A DNA stretch of 64,000 nucleotides from NCBI GenBank assembly GCA_965203555.1, contig CBDBCY010000004.1, positions 1,536,001-1,600,000 of the forward strand, given 5' to 3'. A model generated the notes under the pieces. That model was given only the letters and a program-made list of their open reading frames with translations, ran no database searches and was not told where the DNA came from. The stretch is from Acidimicrobiia bacterium. GTDB lineage: Bacteria; Actinomycetota; Acidimicrobiia; Spongiisociales; ZC4RG35. Both the position numbers and the translations under genes were made by a program. Numbering within the stretch: the stretch's first letter is position 1; each line of letters starts with the position of its first letter. Shown here one piece after another: positions 1-9,580 of the stretch.

Positions 1-761
1 CGCCAGGCCACCCACTCCTCCAAAGCAGTGAGGTCGTAGTCAGGGCCGACCGTCGGGACCACCAGGAACGTGGTACCGGTGGCAACGTAATCGTCTCCCA
101 TCGCGACCGCAGAACCCTCCACGTTGCATGATCTCTCGATGCTGTCCGGATCCCTCTCCTCCACCTCGCACCACCGGTCGATAACCGAGTTCTTGTGCGC
201 CATGGTGTCGGGACTTCCGAACCCGTGCCAGATATCGGCGTGCCGGGCTGTCAACCTGAGGGTCTTCTTCTCTCCCATCCCTCCTATCAGAATGGGGATC
301 CTGCGGGTCGGCAGCGGATTGAGCTTCTTCAACCGGGCTTCGATTCTGGGAAGGGCGGCGGCGAGGTCGGCGAGGCGGCTTCCCGCCGTGCCGAACCGGT
401 ATCCGTAGGAGTCATAGTCCCAACGGAACCAACCCGACCCGATGCCCAGAATCAGGCGGCCTCCCGAAATGTGGTCCACGGTGCGGGCCATGTCAGCCAA
501 CAGATCCGGGTTCCGGTACGAGTTGCAGGTGACAAGCGCCCCGATCTCCACCCGGGAAGTGGACTCCCCCCATGCGCCGAGCATCGTCCAGCATTCGAAG
601 TGCTTTCCCCTGGCGTCGCCGTACAGTGGAAAAAAGTGGTCCCAGTTGAAGACCACATCGGCGCCGATCTCCTCCGCTCTCTGCGCCGCCGAGCGGATCG
701 CCGAATATTCAGCATGCTGGGGCTGTAACTGCAGGCCGATTCTGACCGGATATTTGCTCAT
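1..761 (-). CDS. LLM-class (probably F420-dependent) oxidoreductase, runs off the window start
   Basis: Hand translation from ATG at 761: MSKYPVRIGLQLQPQHAEY...FNWDHFFPLYG...ECWTMLGAW...LVTCNSYRNPDLLADMARTVDHISGGRLILGIGSGW, typical luciferase-like monooxygenase motifs. Absent from the ORF track because it has no stop in the window. Confidence 0.88.
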   Translation of the reverse strand, partial: MSKYPVRIGLQLQPQHAEYSAIRSAAQRAEEIGADVVFNWDHFFPLYGDARGKHFECWTMLGAWGESTSRVEIGALVTCNSYRNPDLLADMARTVDHISGGRLILGIGSGWFRWDYDSYGYRFGTAGSRLADLAAALPRIEARLKKLNPLPTRRIPILIGGMGEKKTLRLTARHADIWHGFGSPDTMAHKNSVIDRWCEVEERDPDSIERSCNVEGSAVAMGDDYVATGTTFLVVPTVGPDYDLTALEEWVAW

Positions 762-803
762 ATTTCTCCTCTTGGTTCTGGTTACCCGTACCCTAATCGA
801 CCG

Positions 804-1937
804 TCAGCCAAGGTTCTCCGCAGTGTTGTGAGCAAGGGTGTCCACCACCTGGATCAGAGCCTCCTCCTGGCTGGCGCCACTGTGAAGCGCCCGGCGAAAC
901 ACCCATAACTGTTGCTCCGCGGATGTGCCGTTCATCACTATCTGGCGTATGTGCCGGAGCTCGTTCACACACCTCAATTCCTCGGCCTCCGGCATCAACA
1001 CCTCGATCAGCTCCTCCACCAACTCCGAGAAGGGAACCAGGCTGCGCCTTCCCAGGTCCAGGAGTGAACCCGTGGAGCCGTACCGTTGGGCCAGCCACAC
1101 GTTCTCCTCCAACAAAAACGGCAGATACGACCGCCACTTCTGGTTCTTGGTCTTCAACCGGTAGAGCATCCTGAGCAGGCATACGTACACGGTGGCCACC
1201 GCTATCGCATCATCGATCCTGGTGCAGATGTCGGTGACCCGCATCTCCAGTGTGGGATAGTTGCTGCTGGGTCTGATGTCCCACCACACCTCACTGGGGC
1301 TCTGGATGACACCCGCCCCGATCAGCACGTCGACGTGGCGTTGATATTCGCTCCAACCTTCAAACAGTTCCGGGTGGCGGGTGCGCGGCATCCCATGGCC
1401 GACATACAGGCGATAGCACTTCAGCCCGGTGTCCTTTCCTCCCCAAAAAGGCGAAGAGGTACTCAAGGCCAGCAGGTGAGCCAGAAAGTAGGAGACCTGA
1501 CCCATCAGATCGATTCTCAGATCCCGGTCCTCTATCCCCACATGGACATGCATCCCGCAGATCAACATCCGACGGGCCAGGGACTGCACCCTTCCTTCCA
1601 GCATCAAGTACCGTTCTCCGACTGATACTTTCTGCTCCCACCACTGGGCGAAGGGATGAGTGGAAGCGGCGATCACACCCATGCCGTATTCACCGGCCAC
1701 CTCGATCACGGTTCGACGCAGGTAGCGAAGATCCTCCCCCACTGCCTGGATAGAGGAATAGGGCCTGGTGCTCACCTCGATCTGGGACCGCAGGATCTCG
1801 TGGGTCACGCGTTCTCCCAGGAGTTCATGGCATCTTTCGAACATGTCCGGATCGGGATCTGAAATCAGGTTCCTTGTCTGCGGATCGATCAGCATGTACT
1901 CCTCTTCGATCCCCACCGTAAACGAGGGCCTGTCCAT
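804..1937 (-). CDS. YbdK/GCS2-family carboxylate-amine ligase (putative glutamate-cysteine ligase)
   Basis: TVGIEEEY, GMHVHVGI, LALSTSSPFW and WWDIRP..YPTLEMRVTD motifs. Confidence 0.9.
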   Translation of the reverse strand: MDRPSFTVGIEEEYMLIDPQTRNLISDPDPDMFERCHELLGERVTHEILRSQIEVSTRPYSSIQAVGEDLRYLRRTVIEVAGEYGMGVIAASTHPFAQWWEQKVSVGERYLMLEGRVQSLARRMLICGMHVHVGIEDRDLRIDLMGQVSYFLAHLLALSTSSPFWGGKDTGLKCYRLYVGHGMPRTRHPELFEGWSEYQRHVDVLIGAGVIQSPSEVWWDIRPSSNYPTLEMRVTDICTRIDDAIAVATVYVCLLRMLYRLKTKNQKWRSYLPFLLEENVWLAQRYGSTGSLLDLGRRSLVPFSELVEELIEVLMPEAEELRCVNELRHIRQIVMNGTSAEQQLWVFRRALHSGASQEEALIQVVDTLAHNTAENLG

Positions 1938-2050
1938 GGCGTCGCTCCTTTCCTGATGCTTGTTAGCTGTGGAGAATATTCCCTGTCGGCCTCACAAACT
2001 CTCTGTAAGGCTCTTTAGTTTGGTACGCTCGGCGGCCGGGGAGAAGGCGG

Positions 2051-3190
2051 CTAGGCCAGGTTGGCAGCGGTGTTGGCGGCCAGCAGATCCACCACCTGTA
2101 GCAAGGCTTCCTGTTCAGTGGCCCCCCGGTTGAGGGCTCGCTGGAAGGCCCACAACTGATGTTCCGCCGAAGTCCCGTCCATCACAATGCGGCGGACATG
2201 CCGCAATTCGTTGACGCATCCCATCTCGTCAGCCTCCGGCGTCAGCAATTCGATCATCTCCTCCACCAGTTCCGAGAACGGGACCAGGCGCCTCTGGCCG
2301 AAGTCGATAAGCGATCCGGTCGAGCCGTATCGTTCGGCGCGCCAGACGTTCTCTTCCAGGAGGAACGTGGCGTAGGAGCGCCACTTCTGGTTGTCCGTTC
2401 GCAGTCGGAACAACATACTGAGCAGGCAAACATAAACCGCTGCCACCGCCAGGGCATCCTCGATCTTGGTGCACACGTCGGTGACTCGCATCTCCAAGGT
2501 GGGATAGCGGGCACTGGGACGTATATCCCACCAGATCTTGGTGGCGTCTTCGATGATGCCCAACCCGACCAGAACATCGACATGGCGCTGATAAGCGTTC
2601 CAACTGTCGAATACCTCCGGAAGCCCGGTCCGCGGCAGGGTGTGGAAGACATTGAGACGGTAGCTCTTCAAACCCGTGTCCTTCCCCGCCCAGAAGGGAG
2701 AAGAGGTGGAAAGTGCCAGTAGATGGGCCATGAAGTAGCTGACCTGTCCCATCAGGTCGATCCGCGTCTCCGGATCCTCGATTCCGACGTGAACGTGCAT
2801 TCCGCTGGTCACCAGGCGATGAGCGACAGCTTGCATGTCTCCGGTCAGCATCCGATAACGCTCGTCTGCCACCACCTGTTGTTCCCACCACTGAGCAAAG
2901 GGGTGAGTGGAAGAGGCGATTACCGCCATCCCGTATTCCCGGGCGGTGTTCACGACCGTTCTGCGAAGACGGCGAAGGTCCTCCCCCAGTTCGGAAAGGG
3001 TGTGACACGGCTTGGTGCTGATCTCGATCTGGGAGCGCAACAGCTCATGGGTAACCCGCTCTCCCAACAGTTCCCTGCACCTATCGAACATTGCCGGGTC
3101 GGGATCGGAAATCAAGTTTCTCGTCTCGGGATCGACCAGCATGAACTCCTCTTCGATTCCCATTGTGAATGAAGGTCGTTGTAGGGTCAT
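2051..3190 (-). CDS. YbdK/GCS2-family carboxylate-amine ligase, tandem paralog
   Basis: Same motifs (TMGIEEEF, GMHVHVGI, WWDIRPSARYPTLEMRVTD). Start chosen at MTLQRPSF; 3223 is an alternative. Confidence 0.9.
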   Translation of the reverse strand: MTLQRPSFTMGIEEEFMLVDPETRNLISDPDPAMFDRCRELLGERVTHELLRSQIEISTKPCHTLSELGEDLRRLRRTVVNTAREYGMAVIASSTHPFAQWWEQQVVADERYRMLTGDMQAVAHRLVTSGMHVHVGIEDPETRIDLMGQVSYFMAHLLALSTSSPFWAGKDTGLKSYRLNVFHTLPRTGLPEVFDSWNAYQRHVDVLVGLGIIEDATKIWWDIRPSARYPTLEMRVTDVCTKIEDALAVAAVYVCLLSMLFRLRTDNQKWRSYATFLLEENVWRAERYGSTGSLIDFGQRRLVPFSELVEEMIELLTPEADEMGCVNELRHVRRIVMDGTSAEHQLWAFQRALNRGATEQEALLQVVDLLAANTAANLA

Positions 3191-3328
3191 ATTGCCCTCC
3201 TGGGTCTCAATGCCAGTGAGCATATCGGGTCCACCCGGTCATCGGGATGAACAAAGTGCTTTCCCGGGGTGAATTGCGTGAGAGTCACCCTATCGGGGCG
3301 CATTCGGGTCAGGTTTAGAATCTCGGGC

Positions 3329-4258
3329 GTGATCCCGTATCTTGACAAAGCCGCCCTGGCGAAGCTGGCCCCCTATGGCCGGCTGGCCGAACACCTCTAC
3401 CAGAGCCACCTCGACCCCAAGGCCCATATCCGCAGGGTGGTGTATTCCCCGCCCCACGCCCAGCAGGTATTCATGGGACTCCCTGCCTGGCAACCGGGGG
3501 AGTCGTTGGGAGTAAAGCTCGTGACTGTCTTTCCCGAAAACCCGAGCACCAGGGGGATACCCTCCGTCCAGGCGGTCTACGTACTGTTCGACGGAAGCAA
3601 CGGCACACCCCTGGCGATCATGGACGGCACCGAACTCACCTATCGGAAGACCTCGGCCGATTCCGCCCTCGGCTCCCGCCTGCTGTCCAGGCCGGACAGC
3701 CGCACCCTGCTGATGGTGGGCGCCGGCGGCTTGGCGCCCCACTTGATTGCCGCTCACCGGGAGGTCCGGCCTTCCCTGGACCGGGTGCTGATCTGGAACC
3801 GTACCCGGTCGAAGGCCGCCGCGTTGGCTGCCGCGCTGGGTGCGGAGGTCGCCGATGACCTGAATGAGGCAATTGCGGTGGCTGACATCATCTCCACCGC
3901 CACCATGGCGCCCGAACCGTTGATCCCCGGAGACCTGCTCAGCCCGGGTACCCATCTTGATCTGGTGGGTGCTTTTCTCCCCCACTGCCGGGAGGTTGAC
4001 GACGAGGTCATCCGTCGCGCCGCCATCTTCGTGGACTCCAGGGACGCGGCGGTTGAAGAGTGCGGCGACCTGGTGATCCCGCTGGAATCCGGTCTGATCG
4101 CCGAACACGACATCCGGGCCGATCTCTTCCAACTGTGTCAGGGAGATCATCCGGGCCGACAGTACCCGACCCAGATCACTCTATTCGAAAACGGAGGCGG
4201 CGGTCACCTCGACCTGATGACAGCCACTTTCATCCTTCAGCAGAGCAAAGACTTCTGA
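3329..4258 (+). CDS. Ornithine cyclodeaminase/mu-crystallin family protein
   Basis: GVKLVTVFPEN, MDGTELTYRKTSADSALG, VGAGGLA, HLDLVGAF motifs; GTG start at 3329 chosen. Confidence 0.88.
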   Translation: MIPYLDKAALAKLAPYGRLAEHLYQSHLDPKAHIRRVVYSPPHAQQVFMGLPAWQPGESLGVKLVTVFPENPSTRGIPSVQAVYVLFDGSNGTPLAIMDGTELTYRKTSADSALGSRLLSRPDSRTLLMVGAGGLAPHLIAAHREVRPSLDRVLIWNRTRSKAAALAAALGAEVADDLNEAIAVADIISTATMAPEPLIPGDLLSPGTHLDLVGAFLPHCREVDDEVIRRAAIFVDSRDAAVEECGDLVIPLESGLIAEHDIRADLFQLCQGDHPGRQYPTQITLFENGGGGHLDLMTATFILQQSKDF

Positions 4259-4335
4259 AAGGACCTCGGGGGTCCGTTCAACCAGCGCAAGGCTTCACGC
4301 GGTCGCCAGATGGAGATCGGCTTCGTCGTCGGTGG

Positions 4336-4731
4336 TCACAGCACCCTGACGGCATCCCGGCGGACGCTGCGGTAGAAGGTAGTATCCCAGGATCGCATCT
4401 GCTCGGTGGCACCCCGGCGAAGTGAGATCATGTCCTGGGTGATGTACTCGAAACGCCTTATCAGTGCCTCTCGCAGTTCGGGCAGGTATCTCCACCTCTT
4501 GGGACGAGGATCGTCATCATCCGACAGCAGTATCAGGAGATCCAGATCCGAATCCGCCCTCCAGTCCCCCCTCGCCCTGGATCCGAACATCCACACCTCT
4601 TCCAACTGCTCCCCGTAAACTTCCTTCGCCACCCGGGCCACGCTCCGGGCCGCTGACAGGGCGGCCTCGGCCGTCGGCCAAGGGTCGGTTCCCTCGGCGG
4701 GGGGCGCCTCAGTCACACCTGGCAGGACCAT
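4336..4731 (-). CDS. Minimal nucleotidyltransferase (MNT) domain protein
   Basis: FGSRARGDWRADSDLDLL = GS..DxD motif. Confidence 0.8.
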   Translation of the reverse strand: MVLPGVTEAPPAEGTDPWPTAEAALSAARSVARVAKEVYGEQLEEVWMFGSRARGDWRADSDLDLLILLSDDDDPRPKRWRYLPELREALIRRFEYITQDMISLRRGATEQMRSWDTTFYRSVRRDAVRVL

Positions 4732-4840
4732 ACATCTCTTGAGAATACAAGCGGCGCCGGCTTCTCTCCGAGAGAGCGCCGGGCCACCTGGTCGGCTGCT
4801 ATGTCCGACCGTCGACGCCCCGTGTCCTCCCGGGGAGGTT

Positions 4841-5503
4841 TCATGGCGGGTAGCCCGGAACGTCCTCTGTTCCCGGCAGAGTTGCATCCACGGTCTCCTC
4901 ACCGGCCCGGCGGCGGGACCGCTCCGCCTCCTCCCTCACCCAGCAGCCGTCAACGTGATCATTGACCAATCCCATGGCCTGCATGAAGGCATAGCAGGTG
5001 GTGGGACCCACGAATGTCCAGCCCCGACGACGGAGATCTTTGGCCAGGGAGGTGGAAGCCTCGGTGGTGGCCGGAGGGACAGCCCGCAGAGGAGGCGATT
5101 CGAAGTCCGCCCACTGCCAGAAATAGGCGGCCAGCGACCCGTGGGAGGCCGCCAACTGCAAGGCGCGGGCCGCATTGTTGATGGTCGAACGAATCTTTCC
5201 CCGATGTCGGATGATCCCGGCGTCGGTCACCAGCCGGTCGACGTCCTTCCGGCCGAACTGCGCCACCAACTCCGGGTCGAACCCCCCGAATGCCTTCCGG
5301 AAGTTGTCTCTTTTGCGCAGCACCGTCAGCCAGGAGAGACCGGCCTGGAAGCCCTCCAGACAGATCTTCTCAAAAAGCCGATGGTCATCAACCGTCCCAA
5401 AGCCCCACTCCCGATCGTGATAGCGGCGGTATTCGGCAGGATCGAGCCCCCACCAGCATCGGGTCTCCCCATCAGGACCCCGTACCAGTAAACCGGCGTC
5501 CAT
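4841..5503 (-). CDS. tag: DNA-3-methyladenine glycosylase I
   Basis: RC.W, YHDREWG, LFEKICLEGFQAGLSW, FVGPTTCYAFMQAMGLVNDH. Confidence 0.93.
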   Translation of the reverse strand: MDAGLLVRGPDGETRCWWGLDPAEYRRYHDREWGFGTVDDHRLFEKICLEGFQAGLSWLTVLRKRDNFRKAFGGFDPELVAQFGRKDVDRLVTDAGIIRHRGKIRSTINNAARALQLAASHGSLAAYFWQWADFESPPLRAVPPATTEASTSLAKDLRRRGWTFVGPTTCYAFMQAMGLVNDHVDGCWVREEAERSRRRAGEETVDATLPGTEDVPGYPP

Positions 5504-5534
5504 CCCGACCGGGCGCCTATCGGTGGAAGATGCT

Positions 5535-7271
5535 TTAGGCGCTTACCGTCACGTCTATGGTGTGATAACCGGTGGCCCCGTCGGGAGCGGGAGGCCGGCG
5601 GACATCGGTCTGAGTGACGCCTTCGCCGTCGGTGGCCCGCACCTGGAGTTTGTACTGGCCGGGCGCCGGATCCCAGGCCATTTGCCACTGTCTCCAAGAG
5701 TTGTCGGAGATCTCGGTGGACAACTCGGCGTCGACCCACGGTCCGTTGCCGATCTTCACCTCCACCCGGTCGATCCCCCGGTCGGGCGCCCAAGCCACAC
5801 CCGCGATCGCCCGTGGACCGGCCGCGATCCGACCTTCCCGGGGAGTGTCGATCCGAGACTGGGTCTTGACCGGCGCCTGCTTGGCCCATCCCCTCGGTAT
5901 CCAATAGGCGTCAAACCCGTCCCAGGTGGTCAACTCCAGTTCTGACAGCCATTTGGTTGCCGACACGTAGCCGTACAGCCCGGCAACCACCAGGCGCACC
6001 GGAAAACCGTGCTCGATGGGAAGGGGTTCGTCGTTCATGCCCACCGCCACCAGAGCATCACGTCCGTCGTAGGGGATGGTGGAAGGGAAACCGACCGTGA
6101 AGCCGTCCACCGAACGTCCCACGATCTGCTCAGCCTCCGGAAGGAGTCCGGCCTCGTCCAGAATCAGGCTGAGCGGCACGCCCAGCCACTTGGCGTGACC
6201 GACCAGTGATCCTCCCACCGAGTTGGAAACACAGGACAGCGTCACGTAGCGTTCCACGAACGGTCGTGTCAACAACTCCTCGAAGTTGATCTCGTAGGGA
6301 TTCTCCACCAGACCGGTCACCTTCAGAGTCCACTCCTCCAGGTTCACCTGCGGAGGCGTGAGAGCGGTGTCGATCAGGTAGAAGTCCTCGTTGGGGGTGA
6401 TAATGGGACTGATCCCCGGCACGTCCAGGGAGTGTCCGGCGGGAAGCGGACCGGCGCCCTCCACTGCCGGACCCGTGGTGGTGGTAGTCGCCTCGGCGGT
6501 GGTAGTGGTCGCTTCCGCCGCCGTGGTTCCGGCGCCGGTGGTGGAGGGGCCGGCTGTGGTAGAGGTAGTGGAAGGACTGGTGGCAGCCGTAGTCTCGGTC
6601 ACCTGCGGGAGCACCACCGTTTCCCGGCCCGCCAGGGCCTGCTTGGTGCGCTCCAACATGAAACGACCCCCGGCCGCCATCGCCACTCCCAAGCCAAGAA
6701 CGGCTCCGGCGCCCACCAGGAATCTTCGACGCGTAACATCGTCCGGCGCCTCCGTCTCTTCGACCACTTCCCCCACCGCAACCCGGTCATCTCCAGGGTC
6801 GGACAATGCCGCTTGTTCGGCTCTCGGGGCAGGCCCGCCGACCTGGCGGTAGAGAATTCTCAGGGCGGCCAGCGCCACCGCGGCAGCCACCACCGCGCTG
6901 ATGACGGCGATAAACCAACTGACCCCCGGCTCCCTGCTCAGAGAGAAGGCGCCCAACAGGCCGAACAGCCCGAACACCCCCACGGCCACCGCCCAACGAC
7001 GGGCCGCCCATATTCCCACCAGTGCCCCCAACACGATGGTCACTACCACCATTCCGATGATCAGCGCCAACTTGTCGTATATACCGAACACCGCAATGGC
7101 GAAATCCTTGACCGGAGGGGGCACGTAATCGATAGCCAAACCCCCTACCGCTTCAGTGAGAGAGATGGAGACCGGGGATATTCCGGCTATGAGTTCACCG
7201 GTGGCAAGCGCCAGCGCCGCCGCCAGCGCCCCGGCTATCCCATAGCGAGCACGAGATGAAGAAAAACGCAT
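5535..7271 (-). CDS. Membrane-anchored sulfite-oxidase-family molybdopterin oxidoreductase
   Basis: N-terminal TM helices, internal TRRRFL, Thr-rich linker, TLSCVSN, HGFPVRLVVAGLYGYVSATKWL. Confidence 0.88.
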   Translation of the reverse strand: MRFSSSRARYGIAGALAAALALATGELIAGISPVSISLTEAVGGLAIDYVPPPVKDFAIAVFGIYDKLALIIGMVVVTIVLGALVGIWAARRWAVAVGVFGLFGLLGAFSLSREPGVSWFIAVISAVVAAAVALAALRILYRQVGGPAPRAEQAALSDPGDDRVAVGEVVEETEAPDDVTRRRFLVGAGAVLGLGVAMAAGGRFMLERTKQALAGRETVVLPQVTETTAATSPSTTSTTAGPSTTGAGTTAAEATTTTAEATTTTTGPAVEGAGPLPAGHSLDVPGISPIITPNEDFYLIDTALTPPQVNLEEWTLKVTGLVENPYEINFEELLTRPFVERYVTLSCVSNSVGGSLVGHAKWLGVPLSLILDEAGLLPEAEQIVGRSVDGFTVGFPSTIPYDGRDALVAVGMNDEPLPIEHGFPVRLVVAGLYGYVSATKWLSELELTTWDGFDAYWIPRGWAKQAPVKTQSRIDTPREGRIAAGPRAIAGVAWAPDRGIDRVEVKIGNGPWVDAELSTEISDNSWRQWQMAWDPAPGQYKLQVRATDGEGVTQTDVRRPPAPDGATGYHTIDVTVSA

Positions 7272-7355
7272 TTTCTCAGAATACCTCCAACCGGAAGATA
7301 AAACTTCGCGATAATCCGGACAATGCCCCGTTGAGACGGCCGCCGGACGGTGGGG

Positions 7356-8207
7356 TCAAGCGGCCGGAACTTCTCCCGGATCAGGACCGGTCACTACGAG
7401 GCGATCCGGGTTACCGGACCAGTCGCTCCACGAACCCTCGTAGAGAAGCCCGGAGAAACCCGCTACTTCCATGGCCAGCAGGTTATGACATGCTGTGACG
7501 CCGCTCCCACAGTATGCGACGGTGGGCTCGGAGTCCTCCACTCCCAACCGGCGGAAGCGCCGCTTCAGATCTTCATCAGACAGGAACACCCCTTCTGAGG
7601 TCAGATTCTTCCCGAAGAAGGCGCTGAAAGCAGTGGGAATGTGGCCGGCCCGTGGGTCAATGGTCTCGTTCTCGCCGCGGTAACGGTCCTCCGAGCGGGC
7701 GTCCAGGATCAAGCTGCGGCCCAAGAGGTTGTGCACCTGTTCTCCATCCACCCGCCCGGTCCACCCGCCCGGCGGCGGATACTCCATGGTGGTGACTGCC
7801 GGAAGTTCCGCGGTTTCCGGTAATCCGGCTTTCCGCCAGGCAGGAAAACCTCCGTCCAGCACCAAAGCCGACCGATGTCCCACTGAGCTCAGCATCCACC
7901 ACAATCGGGCGGCGATCGCCCCACCTGAAGAGTCATAGGCCACTACGGTGTGATCGGGTCCGATCCCCATTCGCCCCAGAGTGCGTGCGAAAACCCCCGG
8001 GGACGGCAACGGATGACGCCCCGGACCTTCGGGTCCGCTCAAATCGGTGTCCAGATCAACAAACCGTGCGCCGGGAAGATGGGAACGCCCGTATTCAGCC
8101 TTTCCCTGCTCAGGATCAGCCAGGTACCACCGGACATCACATATCACCAATGAAGGGTCCGACAGCCGTCCCGCCAATTCCTCCACCGTCATCAAAGCCA
8201 CGGGCAT
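7356..8207 (-). CDS. Tandem-rhodanese sulfurtransferase (SseA-like)
   Basis: GRHPLP, LDGGFPAW, LDARS..RY.G, GHIP, YCGSGVTAC, LYEGSWSDW. Confidence 0.92.
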   Translation of the reverse strand: MPVALMTVEELAGRLSDPSLVICDVRWYLADPEQGKAEYGRSHLPGARFVDLDTDLSGPEGPGRHPLPSPGVFARTLGRMGIGPDHTVVAYDSSGGAIAARLWWMLSSVGHRSALVLDGGFPAWRKAGLPETAELPAVTTMEYPPPGGWTGRVDGEQVHNLLGRSLILDARSEDRYRGENETIDPRAGHIPTAFSAFFGKNLTSEGVFLSDEDLKRRFRRLGVEDSEPTVAYCGSGVTACHNLLAMEVAGFSGLLYEGSWSDWSGNPDRLVVTGPDPGEVPAA

Positions 8208-8219
8208 GACCTCCGGAGA

Positions 8220-8687
8220 TCAGGGTCCTTGCGGGTCTTGACCGCGAGGACCCGCATCCTCCTCCGCGGTATCGGCCCTCGCATTGGTTGAGTGCGGTTC
8301 GGCGCCGGAGTCCTGCCGGCCTTCACCCCTTTCCTCCAAGCGGCTGCGCAGTTCGGCTGCCCATTCCGAGAACATGGTGGCGATTGCGGCCACCGCCGTC
8401 TTGGTGGTTCTTTGAACCTGCTGTTTCACTGCCGGGTCCTTGAGGGTGTTGCCGGCGCCCGCCACCATGTGGGTTAGGGCGCCTCCCAGAGTGCGAAGGG
8501 CCCGCGTTACCTCGTCCCGGGAGGGTCCTTCCGCCGCTGCATCCTGGTAGCTTGAGCGAAAGCTGCTGCGGAGAGAATCGAACTCCTCGCCGGTACCCTG
8601 CCATCCGGACCCGTTCTCGCCGGCCCCCTGACCTCGACCGGCATCATTATCGGGTGTCTCGCCTTGGCCATCCGGCGAATTGCCCAT
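8220..8687 (-). CDS. Hypothetical protein (155 aa) with a helical core
   Basis: ATG at 8687; fills the gap upstream of the sulfurtransferase in the same orientation. The longer ORF call overlaps the exonuclease and is rejected. Confidence 0.55.
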   Translation of the reverse strand: MGNSPDGQGETPDNDAGRGQGAGENGSGWQGTGEEFDSLRSSFRSSYQDAAAEGPSRDEVTRALRTLGGALTHMVAGAGNTLKDPAVKQQVQRTTKTAVAAIATMFSEWAAELRSRLEERGEGRQDSGAEPHSTNARADTAEEDAGPRGQDPQGP

Positions 8688-8699
8688 ACCATTTTTGGA

Positions 8700-9572
8700 A
8701 TGTTCGTTCATCTGCTTGATGGTACCTACGAGTTGTTCCGGGCCTACTTCGGGTTTCCTTCCCGCAAGGCGCCCGATGGGCGGGAGGTCGGAGCGGTATA
8801 CGGGTTGTTGAACACGACCCTTTCCCTTCTGCGGGATCCCCGGTTGACCCATATCGCGGCGGCTACCGACACCGTGATAGAGAGTTTTAGAAATGACATG
8901 TACCACGGCTACAAGACGGGCGTCGGGGTTCCCGAAGATCTCATGGGACAGTTCGGACTCGCCGAGCGGGCCTTCCGCGCGCTGGGAGTGACCGTGTGGG
9001 GAATGATCGAATTCGAAGCCGACGACGCCATGGCCACCGGCGCCCATCGCTTTTCTTCCCATGCCGACCGAGTGATCCTGGTGAGTCCTGACAAGGACCT
9101 GACCCAGTGCGTAGCCGGGCGCCGGGTGGTTACATTCGACCGGCGCCAGAACCGGATGCTGGACGCCGACGGAGTGGTGGCGAAATTCGGTGTGTCGCCG
9201 GCCTCCATCCCCGACTATCTGGCGCTGGTGGGAGATTCGGCCGACGGGATCCCCGGAATTCCGACGTGGGGCGCCAAGTCCTCTTCAGTGGTGCTGGCGC
9301 ATTACCGTCACCTGGAGTTCATACCGCCCGATCCCGCCAAGTGGGAGGTGAAGGTGCGGGGCGCGGCGCGTCTGTCCGCCAACCTGAACGAGCGGCAGGA
9401 GGAAGCCCTCCTGTTCCGGGAACTGACCACCCTTCGCCGCGATGCTCCCATCTCCCGCTCCGTGGAGGAGATTGCCTGGCGGGGAGTCAACCGCGCCGAA
9501 TACGATGCTCTGTGTTCGGAGTTGGGGTTTCGCAATCCCCCATCGGTACACCGCTGGGACCAGGAACCCTGA
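8700..9572 (+). CDS. Stand-alone 5'-3' exonuclease / flap endonuclease (PolA N-terminal-like)
   Basis: HLLDGTYELFRAYF, FEADD, SPDKDL, LALVGDSADGIPGIP.WGAK (H3TH). Confidence 0.92.
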   Translation: MFVHLLDGTYELFRAYFGFPSRKAPDGREVGAVYGLLNTTLSLLRDPRLTHIAAATDTVIESFRNDMYHGYKTGVGVPEDLMGQFGLAERAFRALGVTVWGMIEFEADDAMATGAHRFSSHADRVILVSPDKDLTQCVAGRRVVTFDRRQNRMLDADGVVAKFGVSPASIPDYLALVGDSADGIPGIPTWGAKSSSVVLAHYRHLEFIPPDPAKWEVKVRGAARLSANLNERQEEALLFRELTTLRRDAPISRSVEEIAWRGVNRAEYDALCSELGFRNPPSVHRWDQEP

Positions 9573-9580
9573 GAGTTCGG

